From Actinomycetota bacterium (GTDB lineage Bacteria > Actinomycetota > Thermoleophilia > Gaiellales > Gaiellaceae), in assembly GCA_019236545.1 (NCBI GenBank), contig JAFAIV010000343.1, positions 1-32,278 on the forward strand: a DNA stretch of 32,278 nt. The letters are read 5' to 3'. Below are positions 31,040-32,278 of this stretch, one piece after another; position 1 is the stretch's first letter, and each line of letters begins with the position of its first letter. The translations under genes were made by a program, and so were the position numbers. Under the pieces are notes generated by a model. It did no database searches and was not told the origin of the DNA. It saw nothing but the letters and a program-made list of their open reading frames with translations.

Positions 31040-32182
31040 ATGGACTTCGAGACGCGCGCCATCCACGTCGGCCAGGAGCCGGACCCCGCCACCGGGGCGA
31101 TCATCACGCCGATCTACCAGACCTCCACGTACGTCCAGGAGGCGGTCGGCGAGCACAAGGGCTACGACTACTCGCGCGTCCACAACCCGACGCGGACCGC
31201 ACTGCAGACCGCGCTGGCGTCCCTGGAGTCGGCCGAGCACGGGATCGCGTTCTCGTCCGGCCTCGGCGCGACGACGACGCTGATGCACCTGCTCAACCCG
31301 GGCGACCGCGTCGTCCTGATCGCCGACGTCTACGGAGGCGTCTACCGGATGACCTCGCAGGTCTACGAGCCCAAGGGTTACGTCTTCGACTACCTGCCCG
31401 CGGACGAGTTCCCGAACCTCGCGGAGCACCTCGACGAGCGCACGCGCATGGTCTGGATCGAGTCGCCCTCGAACCCGCTGCTCAACGTCGTCGACATCCG
31501 CGCCGCCGCCGACGCGGCGCACGCGGCCGGCGCGATGGTCGTCGTCGACAACACGTTCGCCACCCCGTACCTGCAGCGGCCGCTCGAGCTGGGCGCCGAC
31601 GTCGTCGTCCACTCGACGACGAAGTACCTCGGCGGTCACTCCGACGTCGTCGGAGGCTTCGTCGGCACGAACGACCCGACCGTCGCGGAGCGCCTCTTCT
31701 TCCTGCAGAAGTCGCTCGGCGCCGTGCCGGGCCCGTTCGACTGCTGGCTCGTCCTGCGCGGGATCAAGACGCTCGCCGTCCGCATGCAGCGGCACTGCGA
31801 GAACGCGATGGCGATCGCCGTCCTCCTCGAGCGCCACCCGCGCGTCGAGCGCGTCTTCTATCCCGGCCTCCCGTCGCACCCCGGCCACACCATCGCGGCG
31901 CGGCAGATGCGCGACTACGGCGGGATGGTCTCGTTTCTCGTCGAGACGCCGGAGGAGGCGGAGGCGATCGCCGGCCGGACGAAGCTCTTCCAGCTCGCGG
32001 AGTCGCTCGGCGGCGTCGAGAGCCTGATCGAGGTCCCGTACCGGATGACGCATGCGGCGACCAAGGACGCGCCGTTCGCGTCGCCGCCCAACCTGATCCG
32101 TCTGTCCGTCGGGATCGAGTCCGTCGAGGATCTCGTCGCCGACCTCGAGAACGCGCTCGTCCCGGCCGCCGCGCGCGCATGA
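31040..32182 (+). CDS. Cystathionine gamma-lyase/gamma-synthase family PLP enzyme (Cys/Met metabolism)
   Basis: FETRAIHVGQEPDP.TGA...PIYQTSTY, NPTR, SPSNPLL, the PLP-Lys block VVHSTTKYLGGHSDV, and SLGGVESL. Confidence 0.9.
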   Translation: MDFETRAIHVGQEPDPATGAIITPIYQTSTYVQEAVGEHKGYDYSRVHNPTRTALQTALASLESAEHGIAFSSGLGATTTLMHLLNPGDRVVLIADVYGGVYRMTSQVYEPKGYVFDYLPADEFPNLAEHLDERTRMVWIESPSNPLLNVVDIRAAADAAHAAGAMVVVDNTFATPYLQRPLELGADVVVHSTTKYLGGHSDVVGGFVGTNDPTVAERLFFLQKSLGAVPGPFDCWLVLRGIKTLAVRMQRHCENAMAIAVLLERHPRVERVFYPGLPSHPGHTIAARQMRDYGGMVSFLVETPEEAEAIAGRTKLFQLAESLGGVESLIEVPYRMTHAATKDAPFASPPNLIRLSVGIESVEDLVADLENALVPAAARA

Positions 32183-32278
32183 GCGACGGCTCGGACGCGG
32201 TCGTCCTCGTCGAGATCCCGGCCGGGTCGCGCAACAAGTACGAGTGGGACGACGAGCTCGGCGGGATCGTCCTCGACC
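32179..32278 (+). CDS. ppa: Inorganic pyrophosphatase, 5' end only (continues beyond the window)
   Basis: ATG 32179 overlaps the preceding stop (ATGA). MSDGSDAVVLVEIPAGSRNKYEWDDELGGIVLD matches the family I PPase start (EIP.GS.NKYE). Confidence 0.8.
   Translation, partial: MSDGSDAVVLVEIPAGSRNKYEWDDELGGIVLD

Overview
Very high-G+C (judged by eye, not computed), tightly packed chromosomal segment of actinobacterial type; a Thermoleophilia/Solirubrobacterales-like origin is only a guess. I call about 37 protein genes. I saw no rRNA, tRNA, CRISPR array, transposase or integrase. Left to right: a truncated GAF-GAF histidine kinase, two small ORFs, a SAM methyltransferase, an alpha/beta-hydrolase::LuxR one-component regulator and gloA. 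Next come a Thr-tract secreted protein and an SDR-styA1-styA2B operon (two-component styrene/indole monooxygenase with a fused reductase). Then an ArsR-type regulator, an aldo/keto reductase, a LysR regulator, an incomplete peptide-type ABC importer (binding protein plus one permease) and an EamA exporter. A purL-purF-[1.4 kb insert]-purM-purN-purH operon follows, then a DHA2 MFS pump, an F420/NADP-oxidoreductase-family protein and cystathionine beta-synthase. The window ends with a Lon-N-domain protein, a bolA-monothiol glutaredoxin pair, a membrane cytochrome c, a second methyltransferase, two tandem YcaQ-like DNA glycosylases, cystathionine gamma-lyase/synthase and the start of ppa. This is mostly core metabolism, and I did not find a convincing novel multi-gene system such as a defence island. 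The signals most worth a second look are: (1) four genes (purL, purH, the second ycaQ paralog, the hydrolase-LuxR regulator) whose conserved N-termini lie upstream of any in-frame ATG/GTG/TTG, implying CTG/ATA/ATC initiation or another non-standard mechanism; (2) TAG is the majority stop codon in my calls (22 TAG, 13 TGA, 0 TAA), and three convergent gene pairs share a palindromic CTAG as a two-way stop; (3) the pur operon is interrupted by a frameshifted nucleotidyltransferase, two overlapping mini-ORFs and a VOC protein; (4) the SDR-StyA1-StyA2B operon; (5) divergent gene pairs with extremely short or even overlapping 5' ends. The many long Arg/Asp/Glu-rich ORFs in the track are antisense or off-frame shadows typical of high-GC DNA and were rejected. 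All homology statements come from my own motif recognition, not from database searches.
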